From an uncultured Clostridia bacterium (GTDB taxonomy: Bacteria; Bacillota; Clostridia; Christensenellales; UBA1242): 64,000 nt of DNA. The notes below the pieces were generated by a model that saw nothing but the letters and a program-made list of their open reading frames with translations, was not told where the DNA came from and searched no databases. The position numbers were made by a program, and so were the translations under genes. Of the stretch, positions 1 through 8,249 are shown in pieces; positions within the stretch are counted from its first letter, which is position 1; every line of letters starts with the position of its first letter. The DNA lies in NCBI GenBank assembly GCA_948442695.1, contig CAOJSF010000005.1, positions 4,168 to 68,167 on the forward strand. Direction: 5' to 3'.

Positions 1-1
1 A

Positions 2-139
2 GAGAATATATTTTATATGCTAAGTTGCGGAGCAAATGGAATTATAAATGCGATATTTGGTGCAAAACTGCTTGAAGACATTTTCGAAAATAGATACATC
101 CCTTTAGAACATCTTTTCTCTCCATTGCGAGAAAATTAA
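2..139 (+). CDS. 3' end (45 codons) of a CDS that begins upstream of the window; product unknown
   Basis: The frame is open from the window edge (..MLSCGANGIINAIFGAKLLEDIFENRYIPLEHLFSPLREN) to TAA at 137-139. It converges on ppa and shares the hairpin at 271-301. Too short to name. Confidence 0.3.
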   Translation, partial: ENIFYMLSCGANGIINAIFGAKLLEDIFENRYIPLEHLFSPLREN

Positions 140-270
140 TAATTTTGATTTTATTAATCAAACCTCTCCACCCATATTTAGGCAATCTCTTTAAACTAAG
201 TAGCATTTTCGGATTCAAGTTTTGAAAATGACGATTTCACCCATTCTTGTTCTTAATATACTCAAAACTT

Positions 271-301
271 AAAAAAAACATCATAAAATTGATGTTTTTT
301 A
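271..301. terminator. bidirectional hairpin terminator between convergent genes
   Basis: Stem AAAAACATCA / TGATGTTTTT with loop TAAAAT; the A-run and T-run allow termination in both directions. Confidence 0.5.
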
Positions 302-356
302 TTTATTTTTTAATAATTTTCTTATATTAATCTTGTTCGATTGATGTTTTGATTGT

Positions 357-887
357 CTAATTTAAAATTTTTTCCTTATAATATTGCATACTTTCTGCAA
401 TAATTTTTTCGGCTTGACTTTTACCCTCCAACCCTTTTATTTCAACTTTTTTATTTTCAAGTTCTTTATATACATTTAAAAAATGTCTAAGTTCATCAAA
501 AATATGTGCTGGAAGTTGGCTTACATCGGTATAATTATTATACTGTGGATCACCAAAAGGAATGGCTATCACCTTTTCATCTCGCTTGTCTCTGTCGTTC
601 ATGACAATTACCCCGATGGGATAACATCTTACAAGACACATCCTTTCAAGAGGTTGACTGCAAAGCACAAACACATCAAGTGGGTCATTATCCTTGCCAT
701 AAGTCAATGGAATGAAACCATAATTCATAGGATAGTGAGTGCTTGTATAAAGCACTCTGTCCATAAGCAAAAATCCAGTTTCCTTGTCAAGTTCATACTT
801 TGTCTTATCACCCTGTTGAATTTCAATACAAACAACAAAATTATGTGGCTTTATTCTTTCTTCGCTGATATCTTTCCAAATATTCAT
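357..887 (-). CDS. ppa: family I soluble inorganic pyrophosphatase
   Basis: Size ~176 aa, with PPase hallmarks (YPMNYGFIP, GKDNDPLDVFVL, DEKVIAIP). Start moved to the ATG at 887 because a GGGAG RBS lies 6 nt upstream of it. Confidence 0.9.
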   Translation of the reverse strand: MNIWKDISEERIKPHNFVVCIEIQQGDKTKYELDKETGFLLMDRVLYTSTHYPMNYGFIPLTYGKDNDPLDVFVLCSQPLERMCLVRCYPIGVIVMNDRDKRDEKVIAIPFGDPQYNNYTDVSQLPAHIFDELRHFLNVYKELENKKVEIKGLEGKSQAEKIIAESMQYYKEKILN

Positions 888-1100
888 AAACATCTCCCTT
901 AAATATATTTTACATTATTTCAAAGAAAAATCCTAATATTTTTTTAATTTTTAAAACAAAACTCTTAAAACAGCAATTTCAATATAAAACAAATCAAAAC
1001 CAAACAAAACGAATTTTACAGGGAATTATACCCATTATTTGACTAAACTTTTGACTAAACTTTTGAAACAAAATTTGCACAAAGGTTGATTTTAACAAAA

Positions 1101-1133
1101 ATGACATACTATATATTGAATATAGTATGTCAT
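1101..1133 (-). terminator. hairpin terminator closing the tRNA-Arg transcription unit
   Basis: Perfect 14-bp inverted repeat ATGACATACTATAT-attga-ATATAGTATGTCAT, followed on the minus strand by TTTTTGTT. Confidence 0.5.
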
Positions 1134-1145
1134 ACAACCACAATA

Positions 1146-1161
1146 TGGTGCGTCGCAAGGG
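1146..1161 (-). repeat. exact 16-nt duplicate of the tRNA-Arg 3' end (T-stem 3' strand + acceptor + CCA)
   Basis: Plus-strand TGGTGCGTCGCAAGGG occurs at 1146-1161 and again at 1295-1310, where it is the 3' end of the tRNA gene. Confidence 0.8.
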
Positions 1162-1294
1162 GGGCGTCGCGTTAAGAAAAGTTGCCTGTGGCAAGTTTTT
1201 AGCCAAAGCCGGGAGCAACTTGTTTGCGGTCTGGCTCCGACAGGAGCGAACCCCTGGGTTCGAATCCCATAAAACCTTTAATAGATTCTTTTGT

Positions 1295-1371
1295 TGGTGC
1301 GTCGCAAGGGATTCGAACCCCTGACCTTTCGTTCCGTAGACGAACGCTCTATCCAGCTGAGCTAGCAACGC
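1295..1371 (-). tRNA. tRNA-Arg (anticodon ACG), CCA encoded
   Basis: The reverse complement folds as a 77-nt cloverleaf. Acceptor GCGTTGC/GCGACGC; D arm GCTC-AGCTGGATA-GAGC; anticodon arm TTCGT-CTACGGA-ACGAA (U33, anticodon ACG); T arm AGGGG-TTCGAAT-CCCTT; then ACCA. Confidence 0.9.
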
Positions 1372-1438
1372 ATATATTTGAACACTTTGTATTATATCAC
1401 ATTATTTTCAATTTTGCAATCGTTTTTTATGATTTTAT

Positions 1439-1455
1439 CATTATTTTAATTAATT
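1439..1455 (+). repeat. left copy of a 17-bp direct repeat CATTATTTTAATTAATT (candidate att site)
   Basis: Identical 17-mer at 15782-15798. Similarity extends upstream with one indel (TGATTTTAT / TGACTTTA). Confidence 0.5.
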
Positions 1456-1596
1456 TGTAAAGTTTTATACTGATATCGAAAATAAAATATAGGAGTTATA
1501 AAGAATGAAAATTAGAATTACAGGAACATCTAAGAATTAAATATTGAATATTATTATAAACACTTAGAATCTGATCCATGTGTGAGATATCTTGAA

Positions 1597-1620
1597 TAAA
1601 AAAACACCTTGCGGTGTTTA
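1597..1620 (-). terminator. hairpin terminator of the small minus-strand gene
   Basis: AAACACC-ttgc-GGTGTTT, followed on the minus strand by a T-run; lies directly after the stop at 1627. Confidence 0.6.
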
Positions 1621-1626
1621 GAATTA

Positions 1627-1806
1627 TTAGTCTAGCGATTTCATTTCTTTTCTACAAGATTTAACTAATTTCTTGTAAAGTGAATTAAATTCTTTTGAAG
1701 AGAGTTTATTTTGTTTATTATTTAACTTCTCAAACTCCTCTTCATACTTAATGATTAATTGCTTTTTTAATTCAAGTTTTTTAAAAATAGATGTTAATTC
1801 TTCCAT
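1627..1806 (-). CDS. small (59 aa) Lys/Glu-rich coiled-coil-type protein, function unknown
   Basis: ORF with an AGGAG RBS 6 nt upstream of the ATG at 1806 (the track ORF starts further upstream at 1839). Divergent from the plus-strand gene train. Confidence 0.5.
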   Translation of the reverse strand: MEELTSIFKKLELKKQLIIKYEEEFEKLNNKQNKLSSKEFNSLYKKLVKSCRKEMKSLD

Positions 1807-1875
1807 ATAAACTCCTTTTATATATTCACATTGTAACATAAAAGAAAAATAAAAAAAACAAAAAGAGAGGAAAAA

Positions 1876-1986
1876 ATGAATAAAGTTAAGAAATTGATTT
1901 TTAAGTGTGACTTAATTATTTTAGAAAATAAATTGTTGTTGAATGGAGTTAAAGAGTTTTTAAAAGGAGTAAAAGAACATGTATGA
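1876..1986 (+). CDS. hypothetical small protein (36 aa)
   Basis: ATG preceded by AGAGAGG; MNKVKKLIFKCDLIILENKLLLNGVKEFLKGVKEHV. First in a train of short overlapping ORFs. Confidence 0.35.
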   Translation: MNKVKKLIFKCDLIILENKLLLNGVKEFLKGVKEHV

Positions 1987-2125
1987 TTTAAAAAACTTAT
2001 TAGTTGAAAATGAGATTTTGAAACATAATGTAAAAGTTTTAATTGAAAGAAATTCAGAACTTTTATTGAAAATAAAGAATTTAGAAATACAAAATGAACA
2101 GCATTGGCTGAATAAATTGATTTAA
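1979..2125 (+). CDS. hypothetical small coiled-coil protein (48 aa)
   Basis: AAGGAG RBS 9 nt upstream; overlaps the previous ORF by 8 nt; MYDLKNLLVENEILKHNVKVLIERNSELLLKIKNLEIQNEQHWLNKLI. Confidence 0.4.
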   Translation: MYDLKNLLVENEILKHNVKVLIERNSELLLKIKNLEIQNEQHWLNKLI

Positions 2126-2136
2126 AAGGAGTATTT

Positions 2137-2247
2137 ATGAAAAATTTAACATTTAAGCAAGTAATAAAAATGTTTGATGAATTAATGGCTAAAGGCTATC
2201 AAGTCGAAGAAATAGTCAATATGCCTATAGAAATAGGTGAAAATTGA
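2137..2247 (+). CDS. hypothetical small protein (36 aa)
   Basis: AGGAG RBS 6 nt upstream; MKNLTFKQVIKMFDELMAKGYQVEEIVNMPIEIGEN. Confidence 0.4.
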   Translation: MKNLTFKQVIKMFDELMAKGYQVEEIVNMPIEIGEN

Positions 2248-2259
2248 TAGGTATAAAAA

Positions 2260-2352
2260 ATGATAGTTTTAAAAGTTTTTAAATACATATTTCAAATTGG
2301 TCTATGTGTTGGTGTTGTTTGTTTAATCGCATTCTTAACAACATTGATTTAA
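2260..2352 (+). CDS. hypothetical 30-aa single-TM peptide
   Basis: MIVLKVFKYIFQIGLCVGVVCLIAFLTTLI; the RBS is weak and hydrophobicity is the only support. Confidence 0.3.
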   Translation: MIVLKVFKYIFQIGLCVGVVCLIAFLTTLI

Positions 2353-2359
2353 AAAAAAA

Positions 2360-3637
2360 ATGTCGGAGGTAATTTTGAAGAAAGTTTTAAAATTTTATGA
2401 AAATACAAAAATTCGATGTATTGCAATGTTTTTAATTTTATTCGCTTTTTTAATTTTTAACGGCTTTTCAAATGTTCAACTTGCAAAAGCAGAAAGCATC
2501 GAATACTCAAGTGTTCTTGACGATTTATCTAAGGACGAAAATTTTAATCAGTCAAAATATATAGAGAAGATTAATGATTATTCATTGCAGTTGATTCAAA
2601 TTGCTGAAAGTGAAAGTAAAGAGTTGTTTATTTATGTTTATCAGCCTTCTGGCACAATTAGACCTTTAAAAGCAACTTCAATTAATATTTCTACTGCTAA
2701 ATGTGAAGAGTTAGATTTTAAAAACTATAAACTTGAACTTTTAAGTTATTCAAAAACTCTTTTTAAATATAAAGTCAACAATTTTCAAGTTTCTGATAAG
2801 GAAAATAGATATTATGAAATATCTTCCATTTTTAGAAAATGGGATGGAAATATAGATGACGTCTTAGATAAAACAACTGAGAATTCAATATCAGAAGTTA
2901 GTTTTGCTGTCGGCAAAGCATATCACATTAGTGGAAAAGATAATCAAGAAATTATCTGTGAAGATGTTGAAACAATTAAAATTACTGATAAATATGTTGG
3001 TTTTATTCGTTATTTGGAAGGCTTTTTTCTCTATAATGATTCATGCGACGCTCATTATGTTGCTTTTTCTACTGACAAACAAATTGACAAGTTGTTAGAG
3101 GCTGACATATTTTATGTTTCATGTTCAGTAGAAGAAAGGGAAAATCTGACTGGCAAACATCCTGAATATGGCAAAAATCAAGATAATTATAAACATTTAA
3201 CAAGTGATGACACAGTAGGAAATAAACCTATTTTAGGAAAGCCTCATACCTGGAAAAGAATTGAAACAGTTGAAGATTTTATTGCTGAAGAAAAATTGAC
3301 AAACGAAGCAAAGAACAATTTATCTGATATGAAATGGGTCTTGAGATTTGTAGAAACCGATTATAAATCCGCACCATCTGTTTCTGGCACTAAATATAAT
3401 TATTACACTAAAGTTTCAGATGTCTCAATTTTGCGACTTAAATTTGAGACTGACGGTGAAGTTTTTAATCTAGGTGTGGTCGACAACAAGCAAACTGGAA
3501 GTTTAACACCCGACAATCCACAAATAAGTATTTTTGATAAAATTATAAATCTTGTTATAAAAATTGTAATCGGAATTGTTAGTTTAATTTTAATAGTCGA
3601 ATTAATCAAACTTATAGTTTACATATTTAAAAGATAA
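2360..3637 (+). CDS. secreted protein with a C-terminal membrane anchor (pIII-like architecture only), function unknown
   Basis: N-terminal signal-like segment (..FLILFAFLIFNGFSNVQLAKA/ES) and a C-terminal TM helix (LVIKIVIGIVSLILIVELIKLIVYIF) followed by KR. A GGAGG at 2365-2369 favours the in-frame TTG at 2375 as the true start. Confidence 0.6.
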   Translation: MSEVILKKVLKFYENTKIRCIAMFLILFAFLIFNGFSNVQLAKAESIEYSSVLDDLSKDENFNQSKYIEKINDYSLQLIQIAESESKELFIYVYQPSGTIRPLKATSINISTAKCEELDFKNYKLELLSYSKTLFKYKVNNFQVSDKENRYYEISSIFRKWDGNIDDVLDKTTENSISEVSFAVGKAYHISGKDNQEIICEDVETIKITDKYVGFIRYLEGFFLYNDSCDAHYVAFSTDKQIDKLLEADIFYVSCSVEERENLTGKHPEYGKNQDNYKHLTSDDTVGNKPILGKPHTWKRIETVEDFIAEEKLTNEAKNNLSDMKWVLRFVETDYKSAPSVSGTKYNYYTKVSDVSILRLKFETDGEVFNLGVVDNKQTGSLTPDNPQISIFDKIINLVIKIVIGIVSLILIVELIKLIVYIFKR

Positions 3638-3649
3638 AAGGAGTATGAT

Positions 3650-4984
3650 ATGTCAAAAAAATTTTGGACAAGTCTAGTTGTAAGTATATTTGCTGTTGCC
3701 ATTTTAGGCGGTGGCATTTATACATTATGCAACTATGATGACATAAAAGATAAAATTCAAGGTGGCAATGGTTCACATAAACCTGTTAATCCAGATATAC
3801 CAACCGACCCTGAATTCCCATTAACTTTTGTTGTTAAATTTTTAGGTTATGAAAAAACAGAAGTTCAGACTATTGCTATCGGTGATTATGCAAAAGAACC
3901 TGCGATACCTCCTCAAAAAGAAGGCTATGTATTTAAGGGCTGGATGATTAGTGACACGATAATAAAAGTAAGTGATATAATAATCAATCAAAATATAACA
4001 TTTGTTCCATGTTTTATCAAAACCTTTAAAATAACTTATTCTGTTGGAGATGTTACAAAAACATTTACTCAAGAAGAAGGCTTTTTGAAATATGGTCTTG
4101 TTGAATATATTATCCCAAATGGTTTTGTTTTTGATTACTGGTTATGCAACGGACAGAAAGTTGAAAGTCTGCAAGATATAACAGTTGTACGAGATATTCG
4201 ATTAGAGGCTGTTTTGACACAAATTCATGAAGTATCATTTTATGACCGTGGAACTCTTTTTATCAAAGATGTCAGACATGGTGAACTTGTGGAAATAAAA
4301 GAACCTAATGCTCCTGGTTATAAATTTATAGGCTGGGCTAATAGTGATGATATTATTGTTGATTTGGTAAACTACCCTATTGTTCGTGATGAATTTTTAA
4401 CAGCAAAATTTGAAGAAGTTGAAATGGAGAAATTAGAATTTACTCTTACTGATGAGCAAATACAAACAATCAAACAAAATGGCTGGAATCCTGCGTTTGG
4501 TGGTGTCGCATTAGAAGTTATAGATTTTTATTATTGTGCAAAATTAAAAACCATATATTTTTATCTTCGAGGTGTTGATAGAGCAACTCGACCTGTTTAT
4601 AACGAATGTGGAGTTCAAGTTGAAAAAGATGAAGATATATCACCGGAGTATATTATTGAACAAATAAGTATCGAAAATAATCCACTTATTTATATGCATG
4701 GTTTTAAGTCAGCAAAAAAATTAAACAATGAATATTTTGAATCAAATAAAGAAAGTCAATATGAATTTGAAAATCGAAGATTTTCTTTAGAAAATATATA
4801 CATAGAACTTGCCTCGTCGTTTAAGGACGGAAAAAGAACTTATTTTTATTACATGCTTGCAATAAATGAAGATGGTTCAATTTTAAAAATTAATCAAAAA
4901 GATGACGAAAGTTATATTTATGACGATAAATCAATAACTGATTCTGATTTCTGTTCAATTCTTTTAGAAAAATTTAAAGTTTAA
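3650..4984 (+). CDS. membrane-anchored surface protein with Listeria-Bacteroides-type repeat domains
   Basis: N-terminal TM (LVVSIFAVAILGGGIYTL). Three repeat signatures: EGYVFKGW, NGFVFDYW and PGYKFIGW, each about 30-40 aa after a beta-strand start. Confidence 0.65.
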   Translation: MSKKFWTSLVVSIFAVAILGGGIYTLCNYDDIKDKIQGGNGSHKPVNPDIPTDPEFPLTFVVKFLGYEKTEVQTIAIGDYAKEPAIPPQKEGYVFKGWMISDTIIKVSDIIINQNITFVPCFIKTFKITYSVGDVTKTFTQEEGFLKYGLVEYIIPNGFVFDYWLCNGQKVESLQDITVVRDIRLEAVLTQIHEVSFYDRGTLFIKDVRHGELVEIKEPNAPGYKFIGWANSDDIIVDLVNYPIVRDEFLTAKFEEVEMEKLEFTLTDEQIQTIKQNGWNPAFGGVALEVIDFYYCAKLKTIYFYLRGVDRATRPVYNECGVQVEKDEDISPEYIIEQISIENNPLIYMHGFKSAKKLNNEYFESNKESQYEFENRRFSLENIYIELASSFKDGKRTYFYYMLAINEDGSILKINQKDDESYIYDDKSITDSDFCSILLEKFKV

Positions 4985-4995
4985 GGAGAAACAAT

Positions 4996-6927
4996 ATGAA
5001 AAAAATAACAAAAATATTAATCAGCGGTGCTATAGTGGTGCTGTTAAGCACTGGGCTGACTCTAGGTCATATCTATCGAAATGAAATTAAAGATTTCTTT
5101 ACTGGTGTTTTTGCGAAAGCCGAAACACCTTCTAAACCAAATGGTGAAGAAATTAAAGGCTTTAAATTTTCAGGCAATAAAATAACCGGTTATACTGGCA
5201 CCGAGGTCAATCTTCAATCTTTACCAAATTCATACTCAAAAACCGATGAATTGATTGAGTCATTTGATTCTACTTATGCAGATTTGTCAGAAAATGAAGA
5301 GATGATTGAAAAATTGATGAACCATAGTTTTAACTGCCAACCTCAAGGCAAAGATAAATTTTACTGCTCTGATTTATATTCTTGGGAAGAACAAATATCA
5401 GTTCTTTTTGAAGATGAAGATATTGAAAATATTCCTCTTAAATTTGAAATTTTAAAGACCACATACTATGAAGGTGACGATTTTAAAGTGACTGCAATAG
5501 GCGACCGTGCCTTTGAAGGAAATACGATAATTACTGATATTGTCATTCCTGACTACATTACTGAGATAGGCAGTGGTGCTTTTGATAGTTGTTCAAGTCT
5601 GATTAATGTAACTTTGAATAAAAACATCAACTCATTAGAAATGTCAACATTTTGTGGTTGTATAAATTTAGAGAATATTAATATAGAAAATATCACTCGT
5701 TTTGACAATTATGTTTTTAGTGGTTGCAAGAGTTTGAAAAATGTAACCTTAAATGAAAATCTAAAAGAAATTTCATCAAACTTATTTCAAAATACCGGTC
5801 TTACATCAATTAAAATTCCTTCTTCAGTTGAACGTATAAAAATGATGGCTTTTTCGGGTTGCTCAAATCTAACAGAGATAACAATTGAAGAAGGTGTTAA
5901 AGAACTAGATTCATCATTTATTGAAGGGACTGCTGTCACAAAACTTGAATTACCTTCAAGCATAGTGTTCTCTGACTATATCAGTTTTTCAAACGATAAC
6001 CTGGAAGTTGTTAAATTCAATATGGACTTGTCGATGACTCAATTATCAAATTTTCTTTACTCGAATAATTGTCAAGTTTTTGTGAAAAGCGAAATTGAAA
6101 AAGAATGTTTTACTGATGAAAATGTAAATAATTTTGCTCAGTATAACGGAAGGATATTTTCTCTTGAAGAATACACTGGTGAAAAGGTGCAAAGGACAGG
6201 CTTGATTACTGATTATAGGTTTAACACGCCGAATTCAAGTGTTGAAGTTTCTAGATATTTAGGAACTTCAACAATATTGACTCTTCCAGACATCGTCCGC
6301 TATGAATATGAAACACTTTTAGAACAGACTCTTTCTTCAAAAGAAGAGTTTGATGCCTTTTATGAAGCAAATAAAGACCTTCAATGCTATGAAATTTCAT
6401 ATATGTCTATCGATAGAAATGAAGGTCATGCATTTGAAAATATAAATGAATTTAAAAGTTTTATTGATGAAAAATATGCTACGGCTTCAAATCTTTTCCC
6501 TATTGATGTTCAAGCACAAAATATGTATGTTTATGAATGTGATTATGGTGTGCCTGTTCAAAGCATTGATTTACACTGCTTTGAAAATAATCAAACAATA
6601 GAAGAAGTGGTTATAAGTGATACATGTAAACATATCGGCGAAATGGCTTTTAAAGATTGTGTTAATTTGAAAAAAGTAGTGCTTGGCGAAAATTGTAAGT
6701 CGATTGCTCAAAATTCCTTTCAAGGCACCAGTGAAGAATTAGTGATAGTAATTCAGGCAGATGAAGTTCTTAAAGTTTTTTGGTCAAACTATATTCAATA
6801 TATATTAGGAAAAGTATATGTTAAAGACGAATTGCTTGACTTATATCAAACAAGTGAAGGTTGGTCGCATATTGCAAGTCAGATACATCGCATGAGCGAG
6901 TTGGAGGCTTATCTTTCAGTTCAGTAA
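4996..6927 (+). CDS. BspA-type leucine-rich-repeat surface protein
   Basis: N-terminal TM/signal (ILISGAIVVLLSTGLTL). Serial ~23-25-aa LRR units of the LRR_5 type (IPDYITEIGSGAFDSCSSLINVTL .. IGEMAFKDCVNLKKVVL). Confidence 0.7.
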   Translation: MKKITKILISGAIVVLLSTGLTLGHIYRNEIKDFFTGVFAKAETPSKPNGEEIKGFKFSGNKITGYTGTEVNLQSLPNSYSKTDELIESFDSTYADLSENEEMIEKLMNHSFNCQPQGKDKFYCSDLYSWEEQISVLFEDEDIENIPLKFEILKTTYYEGDDFKVTAIGDRAFEGNTIITDIVIPDYITEIGSGAFDSCSSLINVTLNKNINSLEMSTFCGCINLENINIENITRFDNYVFSGCKSLKNVTLNENLKEISSNLFQNTGLTSIKIPSSVERIKMMAFSGCSNLTEITIEEGVKELDSSFIEGTAVTKLELPSSIVFSDYISFSNDNLEVVKFNMDLSMTQLSNFLYSNNCQVFVKSEIEKECFTDENVNNFAQYNGRIFSLEEYTGEKVQRTGLITDYRFNTPNSSVEVSRYLGTSTILTLPDIVRYEYETLLEQTLSSKEEFDAFYEANKDLQCYEISYMSIDRNEGHAFENINEFKSFIDEKYATASNLFPIDVQAQNMYVYECDYGVPVQSIDLHCFENNQTIEEVVISDTCKHIGEMAFKDCVNLKKVVLGENCKSIAQNSFQGTSEELVIVIQADEVLKVFWSNYIQYILGKVYVKDELLDLYQTSEGWSHIASQIHRMSELEAYLSVQ

Positions 6928-7049
6928 ATAAGATACTTGAATAAAATTTTAAATCTATGGTGGTGAAATGTTCATGGTGTTTAACACGATAAACACAGCA
7001 CAAGGCAAAATTAATAAATATTTAGGCTTTTTCATTTTATTAACCCTCT

Positions 7050-7215
7050 CAAAGTGCTGGTAAGGTATGCCTAGCCTTATCTTCTCAAGGTTGAAGTCCT
7101 TGAGCCATAGTATGAGAGTTACATATTTAATTAAAAGTTCACTGTCACTTAATTAAATAGTGTTTGAGTTCAATCCTCAAAACTCTCACCAGTTGAGTAG
7201 TCGCGAATACTCAAA
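7050..7215 (+). other. hairpin-dense noncoding block IG1 (candidate ssDNA origin / packaging / regulatory structure)
   Basis: Hairpins at 7059-7081 and 7084-7104 (CTCAAGG/CCTTGAG). An outer stem GAGAGTT (7114-7120)/AACTCTC (7181-7187) encloses two further hairpins (7125-7158, 7163-7181). Locally GC-richer than its surroundings. Confidence 0.5.
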
Positions 7216-7270
7216 AAAAGTTTATCAGTATCTTAAAAAAACTGAAATTTAAAAATAAAGGAGTTTAAGT

Positions 7271-7450
7271 TTGGCTTATTATAAAAAAACAAAGCCTAAA
7301 AAGAAATCTAATAAATATACTTCAATAGAAAAATTAGCTTATCAAATTGGTCAAATAGAAAAAGGTTTGAAGAACCCAAAAAGTAAAGTTTATGAATCTT
7401 ATCATAAAGGTCATAATGTTAAGTCTAGTCAAAAGAAACCTTTATTCTAA
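7271..7450 (+). CDS. 59-aa lysine-rich basic protein (candidate DNA-binding / virion-associated)
   Basis: TTG start 7 nt after AAGGAG; LAYYKKTKPKKKSNKYTSIEKLAYQIGQIEKGLKNPKSKVYESYHKGHNVKSSQKKPLF. Not in the ORF track because it is under 60 aa. Confidence 0.45.
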   Translation: MAYYKKTKPKKKSNKYTSIEKLAYQIGQIEKGLKNPKSKVYESYHKGHNVKSSQKKPLF

Positions 7451-7619
7451 AAAAATTTCGCCGGCGCAACAAAATTGCGTTTGGTGTTTTAACTGAACAA
7501 TGAAAACTGAAAATTAAAGCTGTAAGTCAGGGTAATGCTCCCCTGCACAATGTCAATAGCTGAAGTTGACAATTATCATTTAGCCAAAATATTAAACAAA
7601 AAAAAGGAGAAAAAAAATT

Positions 7620-7925
7620 ATGGCAAACAATATTAAAAGAATGATTAAAGAAGAAGGTGTTGTTCTTGAAAAAATTTTCAAAGAGGCAACAAATGAGTTT
7701 AAAGGTTCAGATGGTCGAGTTGTTCCTGCACAACCTGATAGATATATTTTGAAATGCGTAAGTGGTGAAGACTTTGATAAGAACTTAGGTTTTAAACAAT
7801 CAACTGTCCTTGAATATAAAACTGATAGAGTTACTTATGATAAAGTTTCTTGCTATACACCTGTAGTGGTAAGATATGAAGTGTCAAATTATGGTGCAAG
7901 AGCAATGTCTATTGAACTAAAGTAA
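7620..7925 (+). CDS. 101-aa soluble protein; candidate gene-V-type ssDNA-binding protein by position and size only
   Basis: AAGGAG RBS embedded in A-tracts and no TM. It lies immediately upstream of the small single-TM protein and its terminator. Confidence 0.5.
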   Translation: MANNIKRMIKEEGVVLEKIFKEATNEFKGSDGRVVPAQPDRYILKCVSGEDFDKNLGFKQSTVLEYKTDRVTYDKVSCYTPVVVRYEVSNYGARAMSIELK

Positions 7926-7944
7926 TTTAAAAGGAGATTAAGCA

Positions 7945-8151
7945 TTGCGTTTTTTTAAAAATATTATGTTAGTTATTTTAGGAATGGCTCTTGCTGTAGG
8001 AATTTTCTGCTTGATTGTTGGCATTTCATGCAAAATAAATGATTTGAGTTTTAGTCAACAAATCATTGAATGGTTTTCTTCATTTTCACCTGCAATAAAA
8101 GAGCCTGTTGATGAACTTGTGAACAATATTGCATTATTAAAAATAATTTAA
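7945..8151 (+). CDS. 68-aa single-TM protein; candidate filamentous-phage coat protein
   Basis: TTG start after AAGGAG; one TM helix (IMLVILGMALAVGIFCLIVGI). Followed at once by a strong terminator, as after gVIII in Ff phages. It lacks the basic C-terminus of classical major coat proteins. Confidence 0.45.
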   Translation: MRFFKNIMLVILGMALAVGIFCLIVGISCKINDLSFSQQIIEWFSSFSPAIKEPVDELVNNIALLKII

Positions 8152-8156
8152 TTTAA

Positions 8157-8198
8157 AATAAGGGTTGGGTATATTACCCTTTTACCCTTATTTTTTTT
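8157..8198 (+). terminator. rho-independent terminator after the small TM protein gene
   Basis: AATAAGGGT ... ACCCTTATT stem followed by T8. Confidence 0.65.
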
Positions 8199-8249
8199 CT
8201 AAAAAATTTAGCAATGTTTAAATATAATTTTTTTTAGGAGTTTCTTAAT

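Noticed and set aside
1039-1062. The 12-bp tandem duplication TTGACTAAACTT x2 as a promoter or operator.
   Set aside because: There is no properly spaced -10 element and no downstream gene in the right orientation. It is probably a slippage duplication.
1193-1277. A second tRNA on the plus strand, suggested by GGGTTCGAATCCC and a variable-arm-like GCTCC-gaca-GGAGC hairpin.
   Set aside because: I could not build a D arm or a 7-nt anticodon loop, the acceptor pairing needs a mismatch, and the T stem is only 4 bp. At best it is a tRNA fragment; see the finding on 1101-1371.
994-1460. Track ORFs 994-1368(-), 1127-1324(+) and 1224-1460(+).
   Set aside because: They overlap the tRNA-Arg gene and the GC-rich spacer, have no RBS, and their products are low-complexity or implausible. 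They are spurious.
2351-2360. The A10 homopolymer just before the 425-aa surface protein gene as a phase-variation tract.
   Set aside because: The likely start is the TTG at 2375 behind the GGAGG RBS. The tract would then lie in an untranslated inter-cistronic gap, where length changes have no obvious effect.
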